A DNA stretch of 64,000 bases from Candidatus Wildermuthbacteria bacterium (lineage in GTDB: Bacteria; Patescibacteriota; Minisyncoccia; Minisyncoccales; UBA10102): positions 74,608-138,607 of the forward strand of contig JACOZJ010000002.1 in NCBI GenBank assembly GCA_016181405.1. Direction: 5' to 3'. The translations under genes and the position numbers were made by a program. Shown piece by piece: positions 1 to 8,179 of this stretch (positions are counted from its first letter, which is position 1; each line of letters starts with the position of its first letter). Below the pieces are notes generated by a model, which had not been told where the DNA came from, did no database searches, and saw nothing but the letters and a program-made list of their open reading frames with translations.

Positions 1-928
1 CGATGCCTTCATCAAGCGAAATCTTGGGTGCCCAACCCAGCTCTTCTTTTGCTCTGGAGCAATCAAGAAACAAACTTGTTTTGATGCTTGGTTTTGACGT
101 GTCGTATGAAATAGTGAGATTTTTGCCCGAATGCTCAATCATCTTTTTCACTAAGTCTGCTACGGAAATCGCCTCGCCCAACCCAACAGCATACAGCTTA
201 AACTTGGATTCCTGTTTGGCGATTGCCGCCTCCACAAAATCTACTAAATCTGCAACGTGCAGGAGATCCCTGGCTTCAGTTCCCTCTCCCCAAACAACAA
301 TTTGACCATTTGGAGGCGCCGTCATCACCTTAGTAAGCGTCGCACCAAATACGTGCGATTTTTCCAAGTCGTATTTGTCATGGGGCCCGTAAATGTTTGA
401 ATGCCTTATAACCGTATATTTGGTATTGCCTATTCTTGAATAAAATTCACACATCTTTTCAATGTACACTTTGGTCCAGCCCACACCGAAGTATTTGGGA
501 AGCAGTTCCTGGTTTGCGTCGAAATCCTGTTCAGAAAGCGCAGTATCTGAAGGCTGATACATTACCGTGCAGCTAAAAAAGATAAAGTGAGCAACATTAT
601 GCTCAAAAGCCGCGCGCAACAGCAAAGAGTTCATGAGGGCATTATCTGTCACGTGATAATAGGGCTTTTCTACAATATCTTTGGCGCCCGAGGTGGTGGC
701 GGCAGCTTGTATAATAATGTCTTTACCCTCCACTACTCTTGCTACATCATCTTTATTGGTTAAGTCGGCTTCTACCATACGGATGTTAGGATTTTCCAAT
801 GGTTCTGCCTGCCAGTAGGTTCCGTATACTTCAAAGTCAGAAAGCGTAGCAAAATGCTCAACTATGTTCCTTCCGATAAACCCCGTAGCTCCGCAAATAA
901 GAACTTTTTTCTTGGTGTTTTGAGTCAT
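1..928 (-). CDS. NAD-dependent epimerase/dehydratase (extended SDR, GDP-fucose-synthase-like); C-terminus cut by window edge
   Basis: Not in the ORF track. Hand translation from ATG at 928..926 stays open to position 1: MTQNTKKKVLICGATGFIGRNIVEHF...NIYGPHDKYD...RAKEELGWAPKISLDEGI. Rossmann GxxGxxG motif is present. The ATGA overlaps the stop of the upstream gene (925-927). Confidence 0.85.
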   Translation of the reverse strand, partial: MTQNTKKKVLICGATGFIGRNIVEHFATLSDFEVYGTYWQAEPLENPNIRMVEADLTNKDDVARVVEGKDIIIQAAATTSGAKDIVEKPYYHVTDNALMNSLLLRAAFEHNVAHFIFFSCTVMYQPSDTALSEQDFDANQELLPKYFGVGWTKVYIEKMCEFYSRIGNTKYTVIRHSNIYGPHDKYDLEKSHVFGATLTKVMTAPPNGQIVVWGEGTEARDLLHVADLVDFVEAAIAKQESKFKLYAVGLGEAISVADLVKKMIEHSGKNLTISYDTSKPSIKTSLFLDCSRAKEELGWAPKISLDEGI

Positions 929-1686
929 AATGTTGCAAACTCCCTTATTATTTCTTCTGAACTTTTTTTGAAGGCAGGGATCAAAGAAGCCACTTTTGCG
1001 TTATCGATGTTCCCCACGCGATACCGAAATTCTCCAAATGTAACTTTTTTGCCAAACATATCTGCAGCTTGCGAAAGTGTAATGTTTTTTGAAGCCGCGA
1101 GATTGCATATTCCCTTCAAATCCTTTTCCATGGCAACTTGAAGAAACTTGAGTACATCTTGATACAGCACGTAATTAAATTCGGAGTCGGGCGTCAGCGT
1201 AACCGTCGGATTTTCATCTTCCTTGATTTTCAGCAAACTGTTTTTCCTTGCGTATGGTCCAAGAAAGGCAGAACATCTCATAATCAAATAGTTTAGGGAA
1301 TATTCCCTAACAATTGATTCTGAAGCGAGTTTGCAAATCGCATATATTCCTTCTACAGCGTTCACATCAATAACGTCATCTTCTGCATGTACTTCACTGT
1401 TTCTCGGATATACATCGACAGAAGAAATAAATATAAATTTCTTGTGCGGGATTGCCGCTAACTCTTTCGCTAAACATATATTGTCTTGAATATAGGAAAA
1501 CAGTGATTCAGACGTAACCTCGCGGGCAGGATTAGAGGCGCAATGAATAAGTACATCTACTCCTTCTTTCCTTATCTTCTCTTTCTCGTCCTCCGTCGTA
1601 TCTCTATCCCAGCCCATTGCGTTAGGAAAATTCTCATGCAAATATTTTCCCAAACCGCTTTTATTTCCAGTCACCAATACCTTCAT
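925..1686 (-). CDS. Rossmann-fold NAD(P)-binding protein, short epimerase/reductase-like
   Basis: 253-aa ORF. N-terminus MKVLVTGNKSGLGKYL carries a TGxxxGxG motif. It is translationally coupled on both sides (overlaps at 925-928 and 1683-1686) within the sugar operon. Confidence 0.75.
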   Translation of the reverse strand: MKVLVTGNKSGLGKYLHENFPNAMGWDRDTTEDEKEKIRKEGVDVLIHCASNPAREVTSESLFSYIQDNICLAKELAAIPHKKFIFISSVDVYPRNSEVHAEDDVIDVNAVEGIYAICKLASESIVREYSLNYLIMRCSAFLGPYARKNSLLKIKEDENPTVTLTPDSEFNYVLYQDVLKFLQVAMEKDLKGICNLAASKNITLSQAADMFGKKVTFGEFRYRVGNIDNAKVASLIPAFKKSSEEIIREFATL

Positions 1687-2663
1687 TTGAATACGTTATA
1701 GCGTTTCTCAACAATATCCTTGTTTTCTTTGTACCATTGCATTACTTCTTTTATGCCCTCTTCAATGAAAATTGCAGGCTGCCAACCTAAAGCCTTCGCC
1801 CTCGAAATATCCATCAATCGTTTTTTGTCGCCCGCGGGCTTTGTTGTATCCCACACCACTTCTGGTTTCTTCTCCATGTTGTTCACAATAACTTCCACGA
1901 TTTCTTTTATGGAGTACCCCACCCCACTGCCGAGGTTAATGGGATGCCCGGGGCACTTCTCTAACGCTACGAGCATACCCTTAGCCACATCTTTTGCATA
2001 GATAAAGTCTCTCACCGGAGAACCGTCTCCCCAAACAACCAAAGGATTTTCTCCATCCATTGCCCTCTTTACCAGAGAAGGAATAACCATGGCGTTTGCA
2101 GGATCAAAATTATCATACGGACCATACACATTTGCAGGGCGCACGATAGCAATCTTGTCCCAGCCATATTCAATCGCGTAGGCCTCTGCCTGCAGCTCTC
2201 CCATACGCTTTGCCCAGCCAGCAAACTTATCGTTTTCGGAAGGAAACGTTTTCCATACATCGTCTTCATAAAATACTTCAGCTGGCCCATAGACTCCAAC
2301 CGTACTGGTAAACAAATACCGCTCCGCACCGCTTCTTCGCGCGGCTTCCATCATATTGGTATTAAACAGAATCGTGGGAACGAAAAAACTCGCGGGTTTT
2401 TCCCTCGTCATCTTGGGGGATCCTTTAATGCCAGCTAAATGGAATACCATATCCATGCCCTCACATGCCTTTAGACAATTATTCATATCGGTTAAATCTA
2501 CGCGCATAAATTCTGCTTGAGGATGGGCGCGAGAAGGATCATCCAATGAAGCAATCCTGACTTTTGCTCCCGCAGCGATAAGCATTTCTACCAACGGCCT
2601 ACCGATAAGCCCAGTTCCCCCCGTAACCAATATAGTTTTGTCTTTATAAAAATCCATATGCAT
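1683..2663 (-). CDS. NAD-dependent NDP-sugar epimerase/dehydratase family protein
   Basis: 326 aa. ILVTGGTGLIGRPLV Rossmann motif. RPANVYGPYDNF and SRAKALGWQP are typical of extended SDR sugar epimerases/reductases. Confidence 0.9.
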   Translation of the reverse strand: MHMDFYKDKTILVTGGTGLIGRPLVEMLIAAGAKVRIASLDDPSRAHPQAEFMRVDLTDMNNCLKACEGMDMVFHLAGIKGSPKMTREKPASFFVPTILFNTNMMEAARRSGAERYLFTSTVGVYGPAEVFYEDDVWKTFPSENDKFAGWAKRMGELQAEAYAIEYGWDKIAIVRPANVYGPYDNFDPANAMVIPSLVKRAMDGENPLVVWGDGSPVRDFIYAKDVAKGMLVALEKCPGHPINLGSGVGYSIKEIVEVIVNNMEKKPEVVWDTTKPAGDKKRLMDISRAKALGWQPAIFIEEGIKEVMQWYKENKDIVEKRYNVFK

Positions 2664-2666
2664 GTA

Positions 2667-3716
2667 TTAGAACGGTCCTTTAAACCTATTTTCCCAACTG
2701 TAAAATTCTTCGCCCGATAAATCAGTTGGTTTTAATTGTAATTTTTTCTCGACGGCGCGAATAATACTCACGGCGTTTGGATAAAACGCGTTTTCCAAAG
2801 GCCTGGTTGTTGCGCAATGAGTGTGCGGAAACGCGATTCTTGTTACTGGGGACTTCAATCGCCCAAAACACTTTTCCGAAACTAAGGCTGCCACTTCCGC
2901 TGAAAATCCACAGAACTCCCAATCGTAATCTGCCACTACGCAATGGCCGGTTTTGTTTACCGAGCGCACCAGAGCAGCTTTGTCTAAAGGATATATTGTT
3001 CTTGGGTCTATTATTTCAACCTCTACGCCTTGCTTTCTAGCCAGTATTTCTGCGGCTTTATATGCCTCCACATTCATCCACGAAGTTGCGACTATAGTGA
3101 TGTCTTTCCCTCTGCGGACAAGACGCGCCTTACCCAGAGGAATTGTATACGGTTCCGCAGGCACCTTACCTTCCATCCAATACAGCCAACGATGTTCCAA
3201 AAACATAGTGGGACTGTCATCACGAATAGCAGAGATCAAAAGCCCCTTAGCGTCGTAAGCGTTAGAAGGCATAACAACCTTAATCCCTGGGATATGGGCA
3301 AACATTGACTGCAACGATTTGGAATGCTGGAACGCCTGCCCCCAGCCTCTGCCAATAACAGCTCGAATCACCAGTGGGGCTTTTAATACACCACCACTTC
3401 CAAACCGCGCTGTCGCTACCATATTTACAAGCTGATTCATTGCCAGCAACAAAAAATCTACCCTGATATGCACGTGTACGGGACGCAGACCGTTTATGGC
3501 TGCTCCCAAACCCACGCCCATCATTGCGTCTTCAGACAAAGGCGTTCCAAAAAAACGTTTGGGGGCAAACTTTTCCAACCCTTTCGTTGAGCCAAATATC
3601 TTTTTATGATCTGTCACATCAAGCCCATACACAAATACCGAAGCATCTCTCTCCATTTCCTGTCTCAGTGCTTCCGCAATGGCTTGTTCGTACGTAAGCG
3701 ATCTAAGCATAGACAT
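2667..3716 (-). CDS. ThDP-dependent dehydrogenase E1 beta-like subunit (transketolase pyrimidine-binding plus C-terminal domains)
   Basis: 349 aa. N-terminus LTYEQAIAEALRQEMERDASVFVYGLDV and FGTPLSEDAMMGVGLGAAINGLRPV match the E1-beta architecture. Overlaps the alpha gene by 14 nt. Confidence 0.9.
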   Translation of the reverse strand: MSMLRSLTYEQAIAEALRQEMERDASVFVYGLDVTDHKKIFGSTKGLEKFAPKRFFGTPLSEDAMMGVGLGAAINGLRPVHVHIRVDFLLLAMNQLVNMVATARFGSGGVLKAPLVIRAVIGRGWGQAFQHSKSLQSMFAHIPGIKVVMPSNAYDAKGLLISAIRDDSPTMFLEHRWLYWMEGKVPAEPYTIPLGKARLVRRGKDITIVATSWMNVEAYKAAEILARKQGVEVEIIDPRTIYPLDKAALVRSVNKTGHCVVADYDWEFCGFSAEVAALVSEKCFGRLKSPVTRIAFPHTHCATTRPLENAFYPNAVSIIRAVEKKLQLKPTDLSGEEFYSWENRFKGPF

Positions 3717-4659
3717 CTTGCATAAGTTCTTCTTTTTTGAGGAAAGGCGCTTTTTGAGCTTCGCGAATACTTTTTTCCAGCTGCTGGTCGATCTTCTTCT
3801 CTACAGCAAGCACGACGCTTTCTTTCATGCCTTCACGGATAAGCCTATCTCGCTGCACTTTTACCGGATCTTTTTCCAGCCAGGGCAAAAGCTCTTTTCT
3901 TGCGCGATAGCCAGCATCAAAATCTTCGTTTACCCCAACGTGCTCCAAGTAGCGATAGTATTTCAAATGCAGAAAGCCCGGCATCCCTGACTTTTTCATC
4001 TTGGCCAACATATTTCTCGTTATCTCGTAAATCTCATACACATCGGTGGTAGAGGCTTCATCGGTATGGCAATAAAATTGCGAAACTACTTTCGTGATTG
4101 GTTTATGCCCCAACCTATCCTTTAATCGGGAGTGTATAGCAAAATCATTATCTTCGCATACAAATAAGATGGGGAGCTTTTTTAAACAAGCGAAATTCAA
4201 ACTCTCCCAAAAAACACCTTCGTTTATGGCGCCATCGCCGAAAAAGGAAACTACGATATTCCCATTTTTCTTGTAGGCGTTTGCCAGCGCCGCCCCTACC
4301 GCGACAGGTATGGTAGTAGAAACCACGGCAGAAGTCATTACTACGCCAGCGTCAGGCAAAGCCAAATGCATGGATCCTCCCTTCCCCTTTGCGGGTCCTG
4401 TTGCCTTGCCATACATTTCGGCAAAAAACATATCGCTCTCCCCGGTTTTTGCCAAATACAAAGCATGAGAACGATACGTTCCAAAAGCTTGAGCTTGCTT
4501 TCCCACAGCCTCAAGAACTCCCACCACAATTGCTTCCTCGCCCATAGACATGTGCATGGGTGTCTTCATCTCATCTTCCGAATAGTGCTCACGGATTTTC
4601 TCTTCGGCTTTCCTGATGAGATACAACTTTTTGTAAAACTCCAGATGCAATTTAAGCAT
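3703..4659 (-). CDS. ThDP-dependent dehydrogenase E1 alpha-like subunit
   Basis: 318 aa. ThDP-binding motif GDGAINEGVFWESLNFACLKKLPILFVCEDNDFA (GDG...N). An E1-alpha-like N-terminal helix is present. Confidence 0.9.
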   Translation of the reverse strand: MLKLHLEFYKKLYLIRKAEEKIREHYSEDEMKTPMHMSMGEEAIVVGVLEAVGKQAQAFGTYRSHALYLAKTGESDMFFAEMYGKATGPAKGKGGSMHLALPDAGVVMTSAVVSTTIPVAVGAALANAYKKNGNIVVSFFGDGAINEGVFWESLNFACLKKLPILFVCEDNDFAIHSRLKDRLGHKPITKVVSQFYCHTDEASTTDVYEIYEITRNMLAKMKKSGMPGFLHLKYYRYLEHVGVNEDFDAGYRARKELLPWLEKDPVKVQRDRLIREGMKESVVLAVEKKIDQQLEKSIREAQKAPFLKKEELMQDVYA

Positions 4660-5662
4660 TTTTTTTGTAATACTCTCTCCAATAATTCAAAAGGTCCTGC
4701 AGTGTCTGATCAAAGGGAATTTCTGGCTTCCACCCGGTCGCCTCTCTGAATTTATCGGCCGAGGGAATCTGCAAGGTTACATCGGAAGGCCGCAAACGGG
4801 CTGGATCAACTTTTACTTCGATATTCTTCACGGTAGAAAGATTCAGTAATTTTTGCAGCATCTCCCCAACCGTCATAGTCTCTACCCCACCGATGTTGTA
4901 CACTTCTCCGGGAGCACATTTGGTTACCAACAACCAATATGCCCTTACTGCGTCCTTAATATCCAAAAAAGTGCGCACACTGTCTAAATTGCCTACTTTT
5001 ATTACTGGCTCTTGCAACCCTGTTTCAATAGCTGCAATTTGTTTGGCAAAACTGGATTCCGCAAAAACCTCTCCTCTCCTGGGGCCTGTGTGAGTAAACA
5101 TTCTTGTCCTTATGGTTTTTATCTTCCAAGAAAGCCAATACTGAAAAGCCAGCATATCTTCGGCAACCTTGCTCACGGCATAGGGGGAGGCCGGGCGGAA
5201 GGAATTAGTTTCCTTAATGGGCACCTCATCCTTCTTCACCTGGCCATAACATTCAGAAGAACTTGCAATATGAATAATAGGATCGTATCCTGAAGCCCCC
5301 TTGAGTTTCCGAATAGCCTCCAACAAATTTGCTGTTCCTATGACATTCGTATCAAGAGTAGTAATGGGGGCTAAAAAGCTAAAATCCACATACGACTGCG
5401 CGGCCATATGGAAAATGATTTCTGGCTTGTGTTCTGCCAAAATGGTTTCTAAAGAAGGCAAGTCCACTAAGTCGCCATAACACAATGTTATCTTCCCCAA
5501 AATCTGCTTGATATTGTCTTTGGGCTCCCACCAACGTAAAAGCCCCAGCACTTGAGCATTGGGGAACTTCTCTAGAATATATTCAGCCAAATGGCTTCCC
5601 ACGAAACCGGTTATACCGGTAATCAGCACTCTTTGCGGTTCTTGCATAGTATCGTCTACCAC
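4652..5662 (-). CDS. NDP-hexose 4,6-dehydratase family protein (GDP-mannose 4,6-dehydratase/Rmd-like)
   Basis: 336 aa. Motifs VLITGITGFVGSHLAEY, SSSECYG, SPYAVSK (YxxxK) and FTHTGPRRGEVF resemble the Gmd signatures. Confidence 0.85.
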   Translation of the reverse strand: MVDDTMQEPQRVLITGITGFVGSHLAEYILEKFPNAQVLGLLRWWEPKDNIKQILGKITLCYGDLVDLPSLETILAEHKPEIIFHMAAQSYVDFSFLAPITTLDTNVIGTANLLEAIRKLKGASGYDPIIHIASSSECYGQVKKDEVPIKETNSFRPASPYAVSKVAEDMLAFQYWLSWKIKTIRTRMFTHTGPRRGEVFAESSFAKQIAAIETGLQEPVIKVGNLDSVRTFLDIKDAVRAYWLLVTKCAPGEVYNIGGVETMTVGEMLQKLLNLSTVKNIEVKVDPARLRPSDVTLQIPSADKFREATGWKPEIPFDQTLQDLLNYWREYYKKNA

Positions 5663-5901
5663 TTTTCGATAGCCTTTTTAGTTTTATCTTTTAACTCTTT
5701 GTATTTCCAATACACCTTCTCCTCCAGCTTGGGGGAAACCAGCATCAAAATATCGTCGCCCCAAATACGCCAAGTCCCACCTACCCGGTGGGCCTTAATA
5801 ATGCCGTTTTTGATCATTCTTTTCATGGTAGAAGAGCTCACTTTCAAAAAATCTTGGGCTTCTTTGGTTGTGTAAATCTCTTTTGGATGAATCTCTGGCA
5901 T
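5656..5901 (-). CDS. helix-turn-helix DNA-binding protein, excisionase/MerR-like (HTH_17) family
   Basis: 81 aa. YTTKEAQDFLKVSSSTMKRMIKNGIIKAHRVGGTWRI is the classic excisionase-family HTH. Its 3' end overlaps the dehydratase start by 7 nt. Confidence 0.8.
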   Translation of the reverse strand: MPEIHPKEIYTTKEAQDFLKVSSSTMKRMIKNGIIKAHRVGGTWRIWGDDILMLVSPKLEEKVYWKYKELKDKTKKAIEKW

Positions 5902-5938
5902 ACCTTGTAAGAACTTCGCCAGTTTCGTTATTATAGCT

Positions 5939-5970
5939 GCCCCGTAGTGGGCAAAGCTTCACTACGGGGC
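5939..5970 (-). promoter_or_regulatory. perfect 11-bp stem-loop in the predicted 5' UTR of the HTH/sugar operon
   Basis: GCCCCGTAGTG (5939-5949) and CACTACGGGGC (5960-5970) are exact reverse complements around a 10-nt loop. There is no 3' U-tract on either strand, so it is not a canonical terminator. Confidence 0.6.
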
Positions 5971-6012
5971 ATACACTAAAAAAGAAAAAATGAGTAAGTC
6001 AGCAATACACTC

Positions 6013-6041
6013 ATAATAAACCACCAATCAAATAGTGTCAA
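6013..6041 (-). promoter_or_regulatory. sigma70-type promoter for the HTH/sugar operon
   Basis: On the minus strand: TTGACA (6041..6036), 17-nt spacer, TATTAT (6018..6013). It lies about 110 nt upstream of the ATG at 5901. Confidence 0.65.
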
Positions 6042-6060
6042 GAGGTATCAAATAGTGTCA
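6027..6060. repeat. two exact 14-bp direct repeats (ATCAAATAGTGTCA), 20-bp period; candidate operator
   Basis: Copies at 6027-6040 and 6047-6060 are identical. The proximal copy covers the -35 box and spacer of the promoter. Confidence 0.8.
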
Positions 6061-6081
6061 TTTAAAGCAAAAATAAGGCAA

Positions 6082-6113
6082 CCAAAAAGCCCCTGGGGAA
6101 AACCCGAGGGGCT
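6082..6113 (-). terminator. Rho-independent terminator downstream of the cupin gene
   Basis: Minus strand reads AGCCCCTCGGGTTTTCCCCAGGGGCT followed by TTTTTGG. The stem is 7 bp plus 3 bp. Confidence 0.8.
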
Positions 6114-6138
6114 TGAACTCTTGAAGGTAGGGGGTTAG

Positions 6139-6492
6139 TTACGGTTGGTGTGCGACCTTCCCTTCTGCGGCAGGAATCTTGAACACCATCATTCGCACGG
6201 GACCTGTCGTGCCCCACTGATGCCACACGCCGGCCGGGATATGGATTGCATCTCCTTCTTTGAGGAGATGCGTCTCTCCACCCGCGATTGCCGACGAGAT
6301 CAAAGTGGGGTCTGCTGGATTGCTGCCTTCCCTCACCTGACCATTGGCCTTGCCGCCGATGACGAACTCCACCTCGCCCTCGAGCACATGGAAGAAATCG
6401 TCATTCGCCAGATGAAACTCTGCGGACCTTCCCGTGACCGCTGCAGGGGAATCAATGCGCTGCTCATGTAAAATGCGTGGTACTCTTGGCAT
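6139..6492 (-). CDS. cupin domain protein
   Basis: 117 aa. FHVLEGEVEF...GDAIHIPAGVWHQW matches the two-motif cupin pattern. Confidence 0.8.
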   Translation of the reverse strand: MPRVPRILHEQRIDSPAAVTGRSAEFHLANDDFFHVLEGEVEFVIGGKANGQVREGSNPADPTLISSAIAGGETHLLKEGDAIHIPAGVWHQWGTTGPVRMMVFKIPAAEGKVAHQP

Positions 6493-6515
6493 AGTTGCTC
6501 CTTTTTGTGGTACTT

Positions 6516-7124
6516 CTATTGAGGAGGAAGCGCTGTAGGATCAATGCCTCGCGCCTCAAGAACAAAGTTGGCAAAGTCCCGGATTGCCCCCTTCCCTCCA
6601 GCGCGCTCGGCAACAAAATGGCAGAGATCCCTCACCACTTTTTCTGCTTGAGCCGGAGCGGCTCGAAGCGCCACGCGGCGCAGCAGAGGGACATCAACCA
6701 AATCATCCCCCATCATTGCGCAACGTTCAAACGAACCCCCGAACTCCTGAAGGAACAATTCGGCGGCAACCACCTTTTTGTCCCCTCCCATTCCGGTATA
6801 GAGAGAAACCTTTGGCCATCCGCCGTCCCCAATGGTTTTTTCAGAGGACGGCAGAGTATTCCACTTCTCCACCACGCCGGCAACTGCTCTGGCATGATCA
6901 TCTTTCTCATTCGTAACGAAAGCGACCCGAATACCGATAGCCCGTAAAAGCGAAACTCCTTGGCCGTCGGTGTAGCTCCGGGTCTTGATACGAACGGGGT
7001 TCCCGGCAGCATCGTAAAATCCTTCCGTCACTTCAGTCGGGAACAACACCCCATCGACATCAAACACCACAGCGTCAATCTCACACGCCAAACGTCTTAC
7101 TTCTTCTATTGAGTGCATTTCCAT
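6516..7124 (-). CDS. HAD-IIIA phosphatase, KdsC (3-deoxy-sugar-phosphate phosphatase) family
   Basis: 202 aa. DVDGVL nucleophile motif. The C-terminal GDDLVDVPLLRRVALRAAPAQAE...GGKGAIRDFANFVLEARG parallels the E. coli KdsC C-terminus. AGGAGG SD lies 7 nt upstream. Confidence 0.85.
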   Translation of the reverse strand: MEMHSIEEVRRLACEIDAVVFDVDGVLFPTEVTEGFYDAAGNPVRIKTRSYTDGQGVSLLRAIGIRVAFVTNEKDDHARAVAGVVEKWNTLPSSEKTIGDGGWPKVSLYTGMGGDKKVVAAELFLQEFGGSFERCAMMGDDLVDVPLLRRVALRAAPAQAEKVVRDLCHFVAERAGGKGAIRDFANFVLEARGIDPTALPPQ

Positions 7125-7159
7125 AACGAACCTCCTTTCCCCCCGTTTTATCCGAATGC

Positions 7160-7189
7160 AGTATAGCTTGAATGAATTGTTAAAGTCAA
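7160..7189 (-). promoter_or_regulatory. sigma70-type promoter for the HAD/cupin unit
   Basis: On the minus strand: TTGACT (7189..7184), 18-nt spacer, TATACT (7165..7160). Confidence 0.6.
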
Positions 7190-7190
7190 T

Positions 7191-7222
7191 GAAAAGAAAG
7201 TCCCTTCATTGTTTGAAGGGAC
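7191..7222 (-). terminator. Rho-independent terminator after the P-loop kinase gene
   Basis: Minus strand reads GTCCCTTCA-AACAA-TGAAGGGAC (9-bp perfect stem) followed by TTTCTTTTC. Confidence 0.8.
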
Positions 7223-7266
7223 ATCAACCGAATCTACAGGCGCGCGGCTACGAGTAGCAGAGTTGT

Positions 7267-7995
7267 TTACGGTTGTGGCCTAAAATCTCCAACCATCTCC
7301 ACTGCTTCTTCGGCCCGCCTTCTCAACTCTTCTTCGCTGATCGGCATCTCACCCCTCAGAAAAGCGAGCACTTCTGCGCGCTGGCGAGCCAAAGCTTTTG
7401 GCGATTCGTCCGCTGTATTAACATACAAAGGAGTGTAGCCAAAGGGCGGAATCTCGACTTGCCGCGCGCTCCGGAGAAAACCCTCGAGATCAAAGACGCT
7501 CGCATTGGTTGGGTTCCCAACCTCCTGGAGGCGGTACTGGATCCTCCGCCTTACCGCGGCCAGATCACAGTAAAAGTAAAAACATCTGAAATCTACCGCA
7601 ATCGGCATATCGGGTACCAGCACTCCGTCGCGCTCCGCCTCTTCTCTCTCGATGGCTTGCAGATACCGCTTTGCATCGTGAATCATCTCCACGAAGGGTC
7701 GCTGGTGGCTGTCCCGAGTCAACATCATCATCTCGAGGAAAAGGACTTGCGGTCTCTCCACTATGAGTTTTGCCTTCACCACAAACCGAGTCGCCTCATT
7801 CTTAAAGACGTGCTCGGTTCTGGTGATATGGGCATCGCTCCTGCCCGGCCACAGAAACTCACGGGTATCATCCATAGACACAAGGACAGCATCCTTGTAC
7901 TCGGGCAAGCTCATTACCCAGTTTCGAAAGAACGACTTGCCGCTGTACACCAACCCGGAAAAAACCACTACCAGAATCCGCTTTCGGTTCTCCAT
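7267..7995 (-). CDS. P-loop kinase-like protein (AAA_33/zeta-toxin-like fold), function unknown
   Basis: 242 aa. Walker A motif GLVYSGKS, followed by VSMDDTR. AGGAGAAG SD is upstream. Confidence 0.7.
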   Translation of the reverse strand: MENRKRILVVVFSGLVYSGKSFFRNWVMSLPEYKDAVLVSMDDTREFLWPGRSDAHITRTEHVFKNEATRFVVKAKLIVERPQVLFLEMMMLTRDSHQRPFVEMIHDAKRYLQAIEREEAERDGVLVPDMPIAVDFRCFYFYCDLAAVRRRIQYRLQEVGNPTNASVFDLEGFLRSARQVEIPPFGYTPLYVNTADESPKALARQRAEVLAFLRGEMPISEEELRRRAEEAVEMVGDFRPQP

Positions 7996-8037
7996 CGCAC
8001 TCTTCTCCTACAATATTCAAGCTTAGGGTGTGCAAAA

Positions 8038-8066
8038 ATTTTACATCTAATTCACTTACTTGTCAA
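8038..8066 (-). promoter_or_regulatory. sigma70-type promoter for the P-loop kinase gene
   Basis: On the minus strand: TTGACA (8066..8061), 17-nt spacer, TAAAAT (8043..8038). Confidence 0.7.
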
Positions 8067-8083
8067 CTCTCTACGAGAAACAG

Positions 8084-8145
8084 AAAACCGCCCCTTTGCC
8101 TCGCCGAATCCGCCGGATGGCGGAGAAGGCGGGTGGGGCGGTTTT
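8084..8145 (-). terminator. long imperfect hairpin terminator after the Ig-like surface protein gene
   Basis: AAAACCGCCCC (8084-8094) pairs with GGGGCGGTTTT (8135-8145). An inner CCGCC/GGCGG hairpin is present. Both flanks are T-rich, so it may act bidirectionally. Confidence 0.7.
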
Positions 8146-8179
8146 CTCTTCTTTTTATCCGACGAGATTTTTAAACGCG

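Noticed and set aside
6100-8000. GC-rich horizontally acquired island next to an excisionase-family gene
   Set aside because: Hand counts of 100-nt samples gave 58% (6181-6280) and 53% (7501-7600) G+C. Other samples ranged from 38% (1201-1300) through 44-53% (60501-60600, 40001-40100 and 4701-4800) to 61% (ftsZ, 30601-30700). The contrast is within the window's own scatter. There is no integrase, att-like flanking repeat or adjacent tRNA. A proper sliding-window GC and k-mer analysis is needed.
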